Part shown: positions 1 through 12,000 of the stretch, piece by piece
How the letters are laid out: each line of letters begins with the position of its first letter
How positions within the stretch are numbered: the stretch's first letter is position 1
DNA from: Nemertoderma westbladi
Lineage: Eukaryota > Animalia > Xenacoelomorpha
Direction of reading: 5' to 3'
Length of the DNA: 64,000 nt
Assembly (NCBI GenBank): GCA_032718475.1
Contig: JAUCBJ010000916.1
Span: 154,784-218,783 of the forward strand
Notes under the pieces: model-generated
Database searches by the model: none
Seen by the model: only the letters and a program-made list of their open reading frames with translations
Told to the model about the DNA's origin: nothing
Program-made: the position numbers and the translations under genes

Positions 1-3000
1 TGACATACACCCCCGTCACGCCCATCCTATTACGGGTGCTCGATAACTCAGTCACACACACCCCCGTCGCGCCTATCCTATTACAGGGTCTGGATCACTC
101 AATCACATACACCCCCGTCACGCCTATCCTATTACAGGGGCTGGATCATTCAATCACATACACCCCCGTCACGCCTATCCTATTACGGGTGCTCGATAAC
201 TCAATCACACACACCCCCGTCACGCCTATCATATTACAGGGTCTGGATCACTCAATCACATACACCCCCGTCACGCCTATCCTATTACATGGGCTGAATC
301 ACTCAATCACATACACCCCCGTCACGCCTATCCTATTACATGGTCTGGATCACTCAATCACATACACCCCCATCACGCCTATCCTATTACGGGGGCTCGA
401 TATCTCAATCACACACACCCCCGTCACGCCTATCCTATTACAGGGTCTGGATCACTCAATCACATACACCCCCGTCACGCCTATCATATTACAGGGGCTC
501 GATAACTCAATCACACACACCCCCGTCACGCCTATCCTATTACATGGGCTGGATCACTCAATCACATACACCCCCGTCACGCCTATCCTATTACAAGGGC
601 TGGATCACTCAATCACATACACCCCCGTCACGGCTATCCTATTACAGGGGCTGGATCACTCAATCACATACACCCCCGTCACGCCTATCCTATTACAGGG
701 GCTGGATCTCTTAATCACATACTCCCCCGTCACGCCTATCCTATTACAGGGGCTGGATCACTCAATCACATACACCCCCGTCATGGCTATCCTATTACAG
801 GCGCTGGATCACTCAATCACATACACCCCCGTCACGCCTATCCTATTACAGGGACTGGATCACTCAATGACATACACCTCCATCACGCCTATCCTATTAC
901 AGGGGCTGGATCACTCAATGACACACACCCCCGTCACTCCTATCCTATTACGGGGGGTCGATAACTCAATCACACACACCCCCGTCACGCCTATCCTATT
1001 ACAGGGTCTGGATCACTCAATCACATACACCCCCGTCACGCCTATCCTATTACAGGGGCTGGATCACTCAATCACATACACCCCCGTCACGCCTATCCTA
1101 TTACAGGGGCTGGATCACGCAATCACAAACACCCCCGTCACGCCTATCCTATTACAAGGGCTGGATCACTCAATCACATACAACCCCGTCATGCCTATCC
1201 TATTACAGGGTCTGGATCGCTCAATCACATACACCCCCGTCACGCCTATCCTATTACAGGGTCTGGATCTCTCAATCACATACACCCCCGTCACGCCTAT
1301 CCTATTACAGGGTCTGGATCATTCAATCACATACACCCCCGCCACGCCTATCCTATTACAGGGGCTGGATCACTCAATCACATACACCCCCGTCACGCCT
1401 ATCATATTACAGGGACTGGATCACTCAATCACATACACCCCCGTCACGCCTATCCTATTACAGGGGCTGGATCACTCAATCACATACACCCCCGTCACGC
1501 CTATCCTATTACAGGGGCTGGATCACTCAATCACATACACCCCCGTCACGCCTATCCTATTACAGGGTCTGGATCACTCAATCACATACACCCCGGTCAC
1601 TCCTATCCTATTACAGGGGCTGGATCACTCAATCACATACAACCCCGTCACGCCTATCCTATTACAAGGGCTGGATCACTCAATCACATACACCCCCACC
1701 ACGCCTATCCTATTACAGGGTCTGGATCACTCAATCACATACACCCCCGTCATGCCTATCCTATTACGGGGGCTCGATAACTCAATCACACACACCCCCG
1801 TCACGCCTATCCTATTACAGGGTCTGGCTAGATCACTCAATCACATACACCCCCGTCACGCCTATCATATTACAGGGGCTCGATAACTCAATCACACACA
1901 CCCCCGTCACGCCTATCCTATTACATGGGCTGGATTACTCAATCACATACTCCCCCGTCATGCCTATCCTATTACAGGGGCTGGATCACTCAATCACATA
2001 CACCCCCGTCACAGCTGTCCTATTACAGGCGCTGGATCACTCAATCACATACACCCCCGTCACGCCTATCCTATTACAGGGACTGGATCACTCAATGACA
2101 TGCACCTCCGTCACGCCTATCCTATTACAGGGGCTGGATCACTCAATGACATACACCCCCGTCATGCTTATCCTATTACGGGGGCTCGATAACTCAATCA
2201 CACACACCCCCGTCACGCCTATCCTATTACAGGGTCTGGATCACTCAATCACATACAACCCCGTCACGCCTATCCTATTACAGGGTCTGGATCACTCAAT
2301 CACATACACCCCGGTCACGCCTATCCTATTACATGGGCTGGATCACTCAATCACATACACCCCCTCACGCCTATCATATTACAGGGGCTCGATAACTCAA
2401 TCAAACACACCCCCAACACGCCTATCCTATTACAGGGGCTGGATCACGCAATCACAAACACCCCCGTCACGCCTATCCTATTACAAGGGTTGGATCACTC
2501 AATCACATACAACCCCGTCATGCCTATCCTATTACAGGGTCTGGATCTCTCAATCACATACACCCCCGTCACGCCTATCATATTACAGGGGCTCGATAAC
2601 TCAATCACATACACCCCCGTCACGCCTATCCTATTACAGGGGCTGGATCACTCAATCACATACACCCCCGTCACGCCTATCCTATTACAGGGGCTGGATC
2701 ACTCAATCACATACACCCCCGTCACGCCTATCCTATTACAGGGTCTGGATCACTCAATCACATACACCCCGGTCACTCCTATCCTATTACAGGGGCTGGA
2801 TCACTCAATCACATACAACCCCGTCACGCCTATCCTATTACAAGGGCTGGATCACTCAATCACATACACCCCCACCACGCCTATCCTATTACAGGGGCTG
2901 GATCACGCAATCACAAACACCCCCGTCACGCCTATCCTATTACAAGGGCTGGATCACTCAATCACATACAACCCCGTCATGCCTACCCTATTACAGGGTC

Positions 3001-3249
3001 TGGATCTCTCAATCACATACACCCCCGTCACGCCTATCCTATTACAGGGTCTGGATCATTCAATCACATACACCCCCGTCACGCCTATCCTATTACATGG
3101 GCTGGATCACTCAATCACACACACCCCCGTCACGCCTATCCTATTACAGGGTCAGGATCACTCAATCACATACATCCCCGTCACGCCTATCCTGTTACGG
3201 GGGCTGGATCACTCAATCACATACACCCCCGTCACGGCTATCCTATTAC
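1..3249. repeat. 51-bp satellite, block 1 (about 64 monomers; continues off the left edge)
   Basis: Tandem monomer CACTCAATCACATACACCCCCGTCACGCCTATCCTATTACAGGGGCTGGAT with scattered substitutions. Copy number is length/51. Confidence 0.98.
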
Positions 3250-3302
3250 TACGGAAGCCCACAGTGGCCACTAAACTTCACACATAAGAACTGCTCTCAA
3301 TA

Positions 3303-3650
3303 TGTGTGAGAGGTTGTCTTTTGTGTGTGAGAGGTTGTCTTTGTGTGTGAGAGGTTGTCTTTGTGTGTGAGAGGTTGTCTTTGTGTGTGAGAGGTTATCT
3401 TTGTGTGTGAGAGGTTGTCTTGGTGTGTGAGAGGTTGTCTTTGTGTATGAGAGGTTGTCTGTGTGTGAGAGAGGTTGTCTTTGTGTGAGAGGTTGTCTTT
3501 GTGTGTGAGGTTGTCTTGGTGTGTGAGAGGTTGTCTTTGTGTGTGAGAGGTTGTCTTTGTGTGAGAGGTTGTCTTTGTGTGTGAGAGGTTGTCTTTGAGT
3601 GTGAGAGGTTGTCTTTGAGTGAGAGGTTGACTTTGTGTGTGAGAGGTTGT
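3303..3650. repeat. 20-bp subterminal tandem array, left arm of the IS3EU-like element
   Basis: About 17 copies of GTGTGAGAGGTTGTCTTTGT directly inside the left TIR. Confidence 0.95.
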
Positions 3651-4372
3651 CAGCTCCGCAATTCAACAATTATATTAAAAAATGCGCGAAATTTGCCTGT
3701 AGGCTTAGCTATAAATAGGCCTGTATGCTTACGGCTGTAGTAGTGCAGTAGTGCATACTGCTGTCGTGTGGTTAACGCTGTAACGGTAGGCCTGTAAAGG
3801 TTTGGACGTTGTCTTTGTTATGATGAAAATAATATAGTTTTGGTTCTGGTTTTTAATGTCTAACTTTCAACTTATTATTACGGTCTCCAAATATAATTTT
3901 ACCGGTAATTAAATCTATTCTATTTCTCTTTCTCTCTCCCTCCTAATGAAAGTTAGATGCAGTATTTAAGCAAGCTAGTGTTAGTGGTTTCTTGCAGCAG
4001 ACATGTGAGATGTCACTCTGATAAATATCTGTTTAATTGACATCTACTGTATAAGGGCTATTATTGGGACTACATCTGTTTTGCACATGAAATCAACATG
4101 CTGTATCTTAAGTAAATAAATAAGGTGTTTTGCTTTGTAGAAAGATAGGTAAAATGTCTCGACTAACAATTTTATGAAAATACTAAATTTGATTTTGTGA
4201 TTAAATTATTTCTAAGCTTCCTTGACTATTCGGCATGCACTACAGGCCTACTGCTGTGTGCTGTACTGTTGCTGTGTTGGTTGGTTGTAGTTCTACCTGT
4301 CTGTCGCCTGTTGGTTCGGTACCAATTCTTAAATTCTAACTGTATTTGTAAACACCGTCTTACAATGTCAGA

Positions 4373-4848
4373 ATGTTGTGTTCTAGATGCCACAGTGTTG
4401 TACCTATCGGATCCGTATTTTGTAACCTCTGAGGGGAATAGATTCAACGCGGCAGCGACGAGAGACTGACCACTCTGGAGGAGACGCTAATGCGATTTCG
4501 GGAATTTCTATCAGAGAAGAAGAAAGGCCATCTTCAGCCGGTGCCGTCGTCCAGTCCAAAGCGCTCAAAAACGGATGCTGATGTGTCAGTGAATATCGGA
4601 GCCTGTGTTTATACCAACAACATTCGCATTTTAAAACAAGTCTGGCGGAAGACTATACAACTAACTATCTCTAAAAATGCAAATTATGGTGAACTTCTCG
4701 AATTATCGATACGGAAATACCGAGCCCTTTATAAAGATGTATTTAAATCCTCCATTCCTGATGATAGATTAATGCTATTAAATATATGGACAAGACACCC
4801 GCAGATAAGTTGCCGATTGACAAGGGGGACTTTATATTAACAAAATAT
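4373..4848 (+). pseudogene. Decayed transposon accessory ORF: N-terminal zinc ribbon plus a probable ubiquitin-like 'LLYxDG..LP..F.L.KY' type domain, 3'-truncated
   Basis: ATG 4373 reads MLCSRCHSVVPIGSVFCNL*GE*IQRG... (CxxC...FCxx[C]G, with the 4th Cys position a TGA at 4430) in frame with ORF 4490 (VSVNIGACV...KTIQLTISKNANYGELLELSIRKY...RLMLL). A 2-bp frameshift near 4781 continues as YMDKTPADKLPIDKGDFILTKY until the right repeat array cuts it. The domain identity is inference. Confidence 0.6.
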
Positions 4849-5092
4849 CACACACAAAGACAACCTCTCACACACCAAGACAACCTCACACACAAAGACA
4901 ACCTCTCACACAAAGACAACCTCTCTCACACACAGACAACCTCTCATACACAAAGACAACCTCTCACACACCAAGACAACCTCTCACACACATAGACAAC
5001 CTCTCACACATAATGGTCAACCTCTCACACACAAAGACGACCTCTCACACATAAAGACAACTTCTCACACACAAAGACAACCTTCTCACACA
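4848..5092. repeat. 20-bp subterminal tandem array, right arm (inverted relative to the left)
   Basis: About 12 copies of ACAAAGACAACCTCTCACAC, the reverse complement of the left-arm unit. Confidence 0.95.
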
Positions 5093-5145
5093 TATTGAGA
5101 GCAGTTCTTATGTGTGAAGTTTAGTGGCCACTGTGGGCTTCCGTA

Positions 5146-5480
5146 TATTACAGGGTCTGGATCATTCAATCACATACACCCCCGTCACGCCTATCCTATT
5201 ACAGGGTCTGGATCACTCAATCACATACACCCCCGTCACGCCTATCATATTACAGGGTCAGGATCACTCAATCACATACATCCCCGTCACGCCTATCCTG
5301 TTACGGGGGCTGGATCACTCAATCACATACACCCCCGTCACGGCTATCCTATTACAGGGTCTGGATCACTCAATCACATACAACCCCGTCATGCCTATCC
5401 TATTACAGGGTCTGGATCACTCAATCACATACATCCCCGTCCTAGCTATCCTATTACAGGGTCTGGATCACGCAATCACA
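5146..5480. repeat. 51-bp satellite, block 2 (about 6.5 monomers)
   Basis: Same monomer resumes after the TSD and fades into unique sequence near 5480. Confidence 0.95.
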
Positions 5481-6342
5481 TCAACCCATATCGCGTTTTT
5501 TTCAGTCACTGTTTGCCGATGTAGTTGTGTTTAGTGTTTGTGATTTTACATGCATCACGAAGATATACAATTTAATGAACGCCTTTATGTACCTACTGTA
5601 TAAACTCTTAACAAGTTTGTTGCCAGTTCGTTTTCGTAGAAATTGATCCGATATTATTTTTAGGTATTATGGACGTTTATAATAGGGCCTTACAATCAAT
5701 AGCATTGAAATGATTTGGCATGTAGCAACTTGTATGGAAATAATACACAATTCGTTTACATTGTCAACCACATCCCTTTGTATGTAGAAGAAACCTCCTC
5801 GACAATAGGGCAGGAGGGTAGCATTGGGACGGGAATGGAATATGTATTTCTTAATTAGTTGGTTCTCATAGAATTCACTGAAGTTCGCCAAGATAATGAA
5901 TGAAGTCTATTATACATAACATAATGCAGTGGGCTATTATTCTATAAGCCACTCATAGCCTGCACGTGCACAATGCACGTTTATTATTACAAACCTATAC
6001 ATACAAGGATGAGACTCGACCAACTTTGCTAATTAAGGGGGTCTTAACTCTGAAAAGAATTTGAAATGAATTTGGCATCCCACGTGTACTAGGCAGGCCC
6101 TATACCAGATCACAGTTATAGTTACTGTATAATGAATCTATAGAAATGGTAAAGTAATTGATGGCGACTAAAAATATTTACTTGGAAAATCAGCAAACTG
6201 TCATAGAATAAACAATCTGCATAATAATGCATTACAATGATTCTACGAACATACTTTGATAAATGCGATGTGACATACCATGCCTAGCGAGCTTTACCAT
6301 GCCTAAGCCATGAAATACCGACACAATTCTATCGGTTCCAGG

Positions 6343-6405
6343 TAGGGCTGGTTATCCCGGTAACCCGGGATCCCGGAAGAAAATGCAATCCTGAAATCGG
6401 GAATT
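6343..6405. mobile_element. Possible single terminus of a hAT-type MITE
   Basis: TAGGGCTGGTTATCCCGGTAACCCGGGATCCCGG: a TAGGG start plus repeated ATCCCG motifs forming a hairpin (ATCCCGG-TAAC-CCGGGAT), as in many invertebrate hAT ends. No matching second end was found. Confidence 0.3.
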
Positions 6406-6462
6406 TAGTTAGAGCTTTTCTACAGTCTGACAGTAGCAATTTAATATATCGTGACGTATATA

Positions 6463-8670
6463 TGCCTGTGTAACACAATACTATCAGCTTGTGTCACACA
6501 ATACTATCAGCTTGTGTCACACAACAATACTATCAGCTTGTGTCACACAATACTATCAGCTTGTGTCATACAATACTCTCTGCCTATGCCACACAATACT
6601 CTCTGAGTGTGTGACTCAATACTCTCTGCCTGTTTCACACAATACTATCAGCTTGTGTCATACAATACTATCTGTCTGTGTCACACAATACTCACTGCCT
6701 GTGTCACACAATACTATCAGCTTGTGTCACACAATACTATCAGCTTGTGTCACACAATACTATCAGTTTGTGTCATACAATACTCTCTACCTGTGCCACA
6801 CAATACTCTCTGAGTGTGTGACTCAATACTCTCTGCCTGTTTCACACAATACTATCAGCTTGTGTCATACAATACTCTCTCTCTGTGTCACACAATACTC
6901 TCTGCCTGTGTCACACAATACAATCAGATTGTGTCATACAATACTATCTGTCTGTGTCACACAATACTCACTGCCTGTGTCACACAATACTATCAGCTTG
7001 TGTCACACAATAATATCAGCTTGTGTCACACAATACTATCAGCTTGTGTCACACAATACTATCAGCTTGTGTCACACAATACTATCAGCTTGTGTCACAC
7101 AATACTATCAGCTTGTGTCACACAATACTATCAGCTTGTGCCACACAATACCATCAGCTTGTGTCACACAATAGTCTTGCTTGTGTCACACAATACTCTC
7201 TGCTTGTGTTACTAAATACTATCAGCTTGTGTCACACAATACTATCAGCTTGTGTCACACAATACTATCAGCTTGTGTCACACAATACTATCAGCTTGTG
7301 TCACACAATACTATCAGCTTGTGTCACACAATACTATCAGCTTGTGCCACACAATACCATCAGCTTGTGTCACACAATAGTCTTGCTTGTGTCACACAAT
7401 ACTCTCTGCTTGTGTTACTAAATACTATCAGCTTGTGTCACACAATACTATCAGCTTGTGTCATACAATAATCTCTGTCTGTGTCACACAATACTATCAG
7501 CTTGTGTCACACATTACTATCAGCTTGTGTCACACAATAATCTCTACCTGTGCCACACAATATTCTCGCTGAGTGTGTGACTCAATAATGTCTGCATGTG
7601 TCACACAATACTATAACCTTGTCTCACACAATACTATCAGCTTGTGTCACACAATACTCTCTACCTGTGCCACACAATACTCTCTGAGTGTGCCACTCAA
7701 TAATCTCTGCCTGTGTCACACAATACTATGAGCTTATGTCACACAATACTATCAGCTTGTGCCACACAATACTATCAGCTTGTGTAACACAATACTCTCT
7801 ACCTGTGCCACACAATACTCTCTGAGTGTGTGACTCAATAATCTCTGCCTGTTTCACACAATACTATCAGCTTGTGTCAGACAATACTCTCTGCCTGTGT
7901 CACACAATACTATCAGCTTGTGTCACACAATACTATCAGCTTGTGTCACACAATACTATCAGCTTGTGTCACACAATACTCTCTACCTGTGCCACACAAT
8001 ACTCTCTGAGTGTGTGACTCAATACTCTCTGCCTATGTCACACAACACTATCAGCTTTTGTCATACAATACTCTCTGTCTGTGTCACACAATATTCTCTG
8101 CCGTGTCACACAATACTATCAGCTTGTGTCACACAATACTATCAGCTTGTGTCACACAATACTATCAGCTTGTGTCACACAATACTATCAGCTTCTGTCA
8201 CACAATACTATCAGCTTGTGTCACACAATACTATCAGCTTGTGTCACACAATACTATCAGCTTGTGTCACACAATACTATCAGCTTCTGTCACATAATAC
8301 TATCAGCTTGTGTTACACAATACTATCAGCTTGTGTCACACAATACTCTCCACCTGTGCCACACAATACTCTCTGCCTGTGTCACACAATCCTCTCTGCT
8401 TGTGTCACAGAATACTCTCTCTCTGTGTCACACAATACTCTCTGCCTGTGTCACTAAATACTATCAGCTTGTGTCACACAATCCTCTCTGCTTGTGTCAC
8501 AGAATACTCTCTCTCTGTGTCACACAATACTCTCTGCCTGTGTCACTAAATACTATCAGCATGTGTCACACAATACTATCAGCTTCTGTCACACAATACT
8601 ATCAGCTTGTGTCACACAATACTATCAGCTTGTGTCACACAATACTCTCCACCTGTGCCACACAATACTA
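6463..8670. repeat. 22-bp minisatellite (about 100 units)
   Basis: Unit GTCACACAATACTATCAGCTTGT-type, alternating with variants ...ACTCTCTGCCTGT and ...ACTCTCTGAGTGTGTGACTC. Confidence 0.96.
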
Positions 8671-9061
8671 TTTAATTTTATTCCACGCCTAACGGCACAT
8701 AGTAAAAACAAAGTAGCACAATATTACAATTATATATAAATACATAGCATAAAATTAATTAATTTGCTGACCCTACACTACAGACTACGCTATTCTAGAA
8801 CAAGGACTACAAACTGTATATACCGCACGAAGCAAAGAATTGTTCGAGTCTGTAACTCGGCCCTTAAGACTGGTACGGCATTTATATATTATATGACAAA
8901 ACATAGGTATATTTAAGACACCAAAAGTGAGAGACATACTGGTTGGCTCATCGTTTGTCAAACGAGGAACCTTAAAAAGTAGCCTAGCACAGTTGTTATA
9001 AGCAACCCTCAATTTATCAAAAACACGCTGGGTGTAATTACGTCGAGCCCATAGACTACAA
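8671..9061 (-). mobile_element. 3' fragment of a non-LTR retrotransposon (LINE): ORF2 C-terminus plus 3' UTR
   Basis: The minus frame reads CCSLWARRNYTQRVFDKLRVAYNNCARLLFKVPR...SMSLTFGVLNIPMF...RVTDSNNSLL, matching the post-RT 'LW...KLRVAYNN..R.L...PR..S.S..F...N.P.F' tail of CR1/L2/Jockey-group ORF2. Stop at 8785, then an AT-rich UTR and AATAAA (8682-8677) at the minisatellite junction. The ORF-track start (MTGVYVIE) is borrowed from the satellite. Confidence 0.75.
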
Positions 9062-12000
9062 CACTCAATCACATACACCCCCGTCACGCCTATCCTATTA
9101 CAGGGGCTGGATCACTCAATCACATACACCCCCGTCACGGCTATCCCATTACAGGGGCTGGATCACTCAATCACATACACCCCCGTCACGCGTATCCTAT
9201 TACAGGGGCTGGATCACTCAATCACATACTCCCCCGTCACGCCTATCCTATTATAGGGGCTGGATCACTCAATCACATACACCCCCGTCACGGCTATCCT
9301 ATTACACGGGCTGGATCACTCAATCACATTCACCCCCGTCACACTATCCTATTACAGGGACTGGATCACTCAATGACATACACCCCCGTCACTCCTATCC
9401 TATTACAGGGGCTGGATCACTCAATGACATACACCCCCGTCACGCCTATCCTATTACAGGGGCTGGATCACTCAATCACATACACCCCTGTCACACCTAT
9501 CCTATTACAGGGGCTCGATAACTCAATCACATACACCCCCGTCACGCCTATCCTATTACAGGGGCTGGATCACTCAATCACATACACCCCCGTCACGCCT
9601 ATCCTATTACAGGGGCTGGATCACTCAATCACATACACCCCCGTCACGCGTATCCTATTACAGGGGCTGGATCACTCAATCACATTCACCCCCGTCACGC
9701 CTATCCTATTACAGGGGCTGGATCACTCAATCACATACACCCCCGTCACGCGTATCCTATTACAGGGGCTGGATCACTCAATCACATTCACCCCCGTCAC
9801 GCCTATCCTATTACAGGGGCTGGATCACTCAATCACATACACCCCCGTCACGCCTATCCTATTACAGGGGCTGGATCACTCAATCACATACACCCCCATC
9901 ACGCCTATCCTATTACAGGGTCTGGATCACTCAATCACATACACCCCCGTCACGCCTATCCTATTACATGGGCTGGATCACTCAATCACACACACCCCCG
10001 TCACGCCTATCCTATTACAGGGGCTGGATCACTCAATCACATACACCCCCGTCACGCGTATCCTATTACAGGGGCTGGATCACTCAATCACATTCACCCC
10101 CGTCACGCCTATCCTATTACAGGGGCTGGATCACTCAATCACATACACCCCCGTCACGCATTTCCTATTACAGGGGCTGTATCACTCAATCACATACACC
10201 CCCATCACGCCTATCCTATTACAGGGGCTGGATCACTCAATCACATACACCCCCGTCGTCACCCCTATCCTATTACAGGGGCTGGATCACTCAATGACAT
10301 ACACCCCCATCACGCCTATCCTATTACAGGGGCTGGATCACTCAATCACATACACCCCCGTCACGCATTTCCTATTACAGGGGCTGTATCACTCAATCAC
10401 ATACACCCCCATCACGCCTATCCTATTACAGGGGCTGGATCACTCAATCACATACACCCCCGTCACGCCTATCCTATTACAGGGTCTGGATCACTCAATC
10501 ACATACACCCCCGTCGTCACCCCTATCCTATTACAGGGGCTGGATCACTCAATGACATACACCCCCATCACGCCTATCCTATTACAGGGGCTGGATCACT
10601 TAATGACATACACCCCCGTCACGCCTATCCGATTACAGGGGCTGGGTCACTCAATCACATACACCCCCGTCACCCCTATCCTATTACAGGGGCTGGGTCA
10701 CTCAATCACATACACCCCCGTCACGCCTATCCTATTACAGGGGCTGGGTCACTCAATCACATACACCCCCGTCACGCCTATCCTATTACAGGGGCTGGGT
10801 CACTCAATCACATACACCCCCGTCACGCCTATCCGATTACAGGGGCTGGATCACTCAATCACATACACCCCCGTCACGCCTATCCTATTACAGGGGCTGG
10901 GTCACTCAATCACATACACCCCCGTCACGCCTATCCTATTACAGGGGCTGGGTCACTCAATCACATACACCCCCGTCACCCCTATCCTATTACAGGGGCT
11001 GGGTCACTCAATCACATACACCCCCGTCACGCCTATCCTATTACAGGGGCTGGGTCACTCAATCACATACACCCCCGTCACGCCTATCCTATTACATGGG
11101 CTGGATCACTCAATCGCATACACCCTTATCACGCCTATCCTATTACATGGGCTCGATCATTCAATCACATACACCCCCGTCACTCCTATCCTATTACAGG
11201 GGCTGGATCACTCAATCACATACACCCCCGTCACGCCTATCCTATTACAGGGGCTGGATCACTCAATCACATACACCCCCGTCACGGCTATCCTATTACA
11301 GGGGCTGGATCACTCAATCACATACACCCCCGTCACGCCTATCCTATTACAGGGGCTGGATCACTCAATCACATACAGTCCGTCACGCCTATCCTATTAC
11401 AGGGGCTGGATCATTCAATCACATACACCCCCGTCACGCCTATCCTATTACAGGGGCTGGATCACTCAATCACATACACCCCCGTCACGCCTATCCTATT
11501 ACAGGGGCTGTATCACTCAATCACATACACCCCCGTCACGCCTATCCTATTACAGGGGCTCGATAACTCAATCACACACACCCCCATCACGCCTATCCTA
11601 TTACAGGGTCTGGATCACTCAATCACATACACCCCCGTCACGCCTATCCTATTACAGGGGCTCGATAACTCAATCACATACACCCCCGTCACGCATATCC
11701 TATTACAGAGGCTGGATCACTCAATCGCATACACCCCCATCACGCCTATCCTATTACATGGGCTGGATCAATCAATCACATACTCCCCCGTCACGCCTAT
11801 CCTATTACAGGGGCTGGATCACTCAATCACATACACCCCCGTCACCCCTATCCTATTACAGGGGCTGGATCACTCAATCACATACACCCCCGTCACGCAT
11901 TTCATATTACAGGGGCTGGATCACTCAATCACATACACCCCCGTCACGCCTATCCTATTACAGGGTCTGGATCACTCAATCACATACACCCCGGTCACGC

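Larger units (their letters stand above)
3250..5145. mobile_element. Non-autonomous TIR DNA transposon, IS3EU-like (1896 bp), inserted in a satellite monomer
   Basis: The left end TACGGAAGCCCACAGTGGCCACTAAACTTCACACATAAGAACTGCTCTCAATATGTGTGAGA is the exact reverse complement of the right end (...CCACTGTGGGCTTCCGTA). TATTAC is duplicated at 3244-3249 and 5146-5151, and the monomer resumes in register. TAY..RTA termini with a 6-bp TSD are the described IS3EU signature. No DDE transposase is visible. Confidence 0.85.

Noticed and set aside
3260-3266. CACAGTG (RSS/Transib-like heptamer) near both element ends
   Set aside because: It lies 10 bp inside the true terminus defined by the TIR and the 6-bp TSD. 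Transib elements start at CAC and make 5-bp TSDs.
6491-8739. Cys/His-rich ORFs (SHNTISLCHTILSACVTQYYQLV)n
   Set aside because: Translations of the 22-bp minisatellite cycling through frames.
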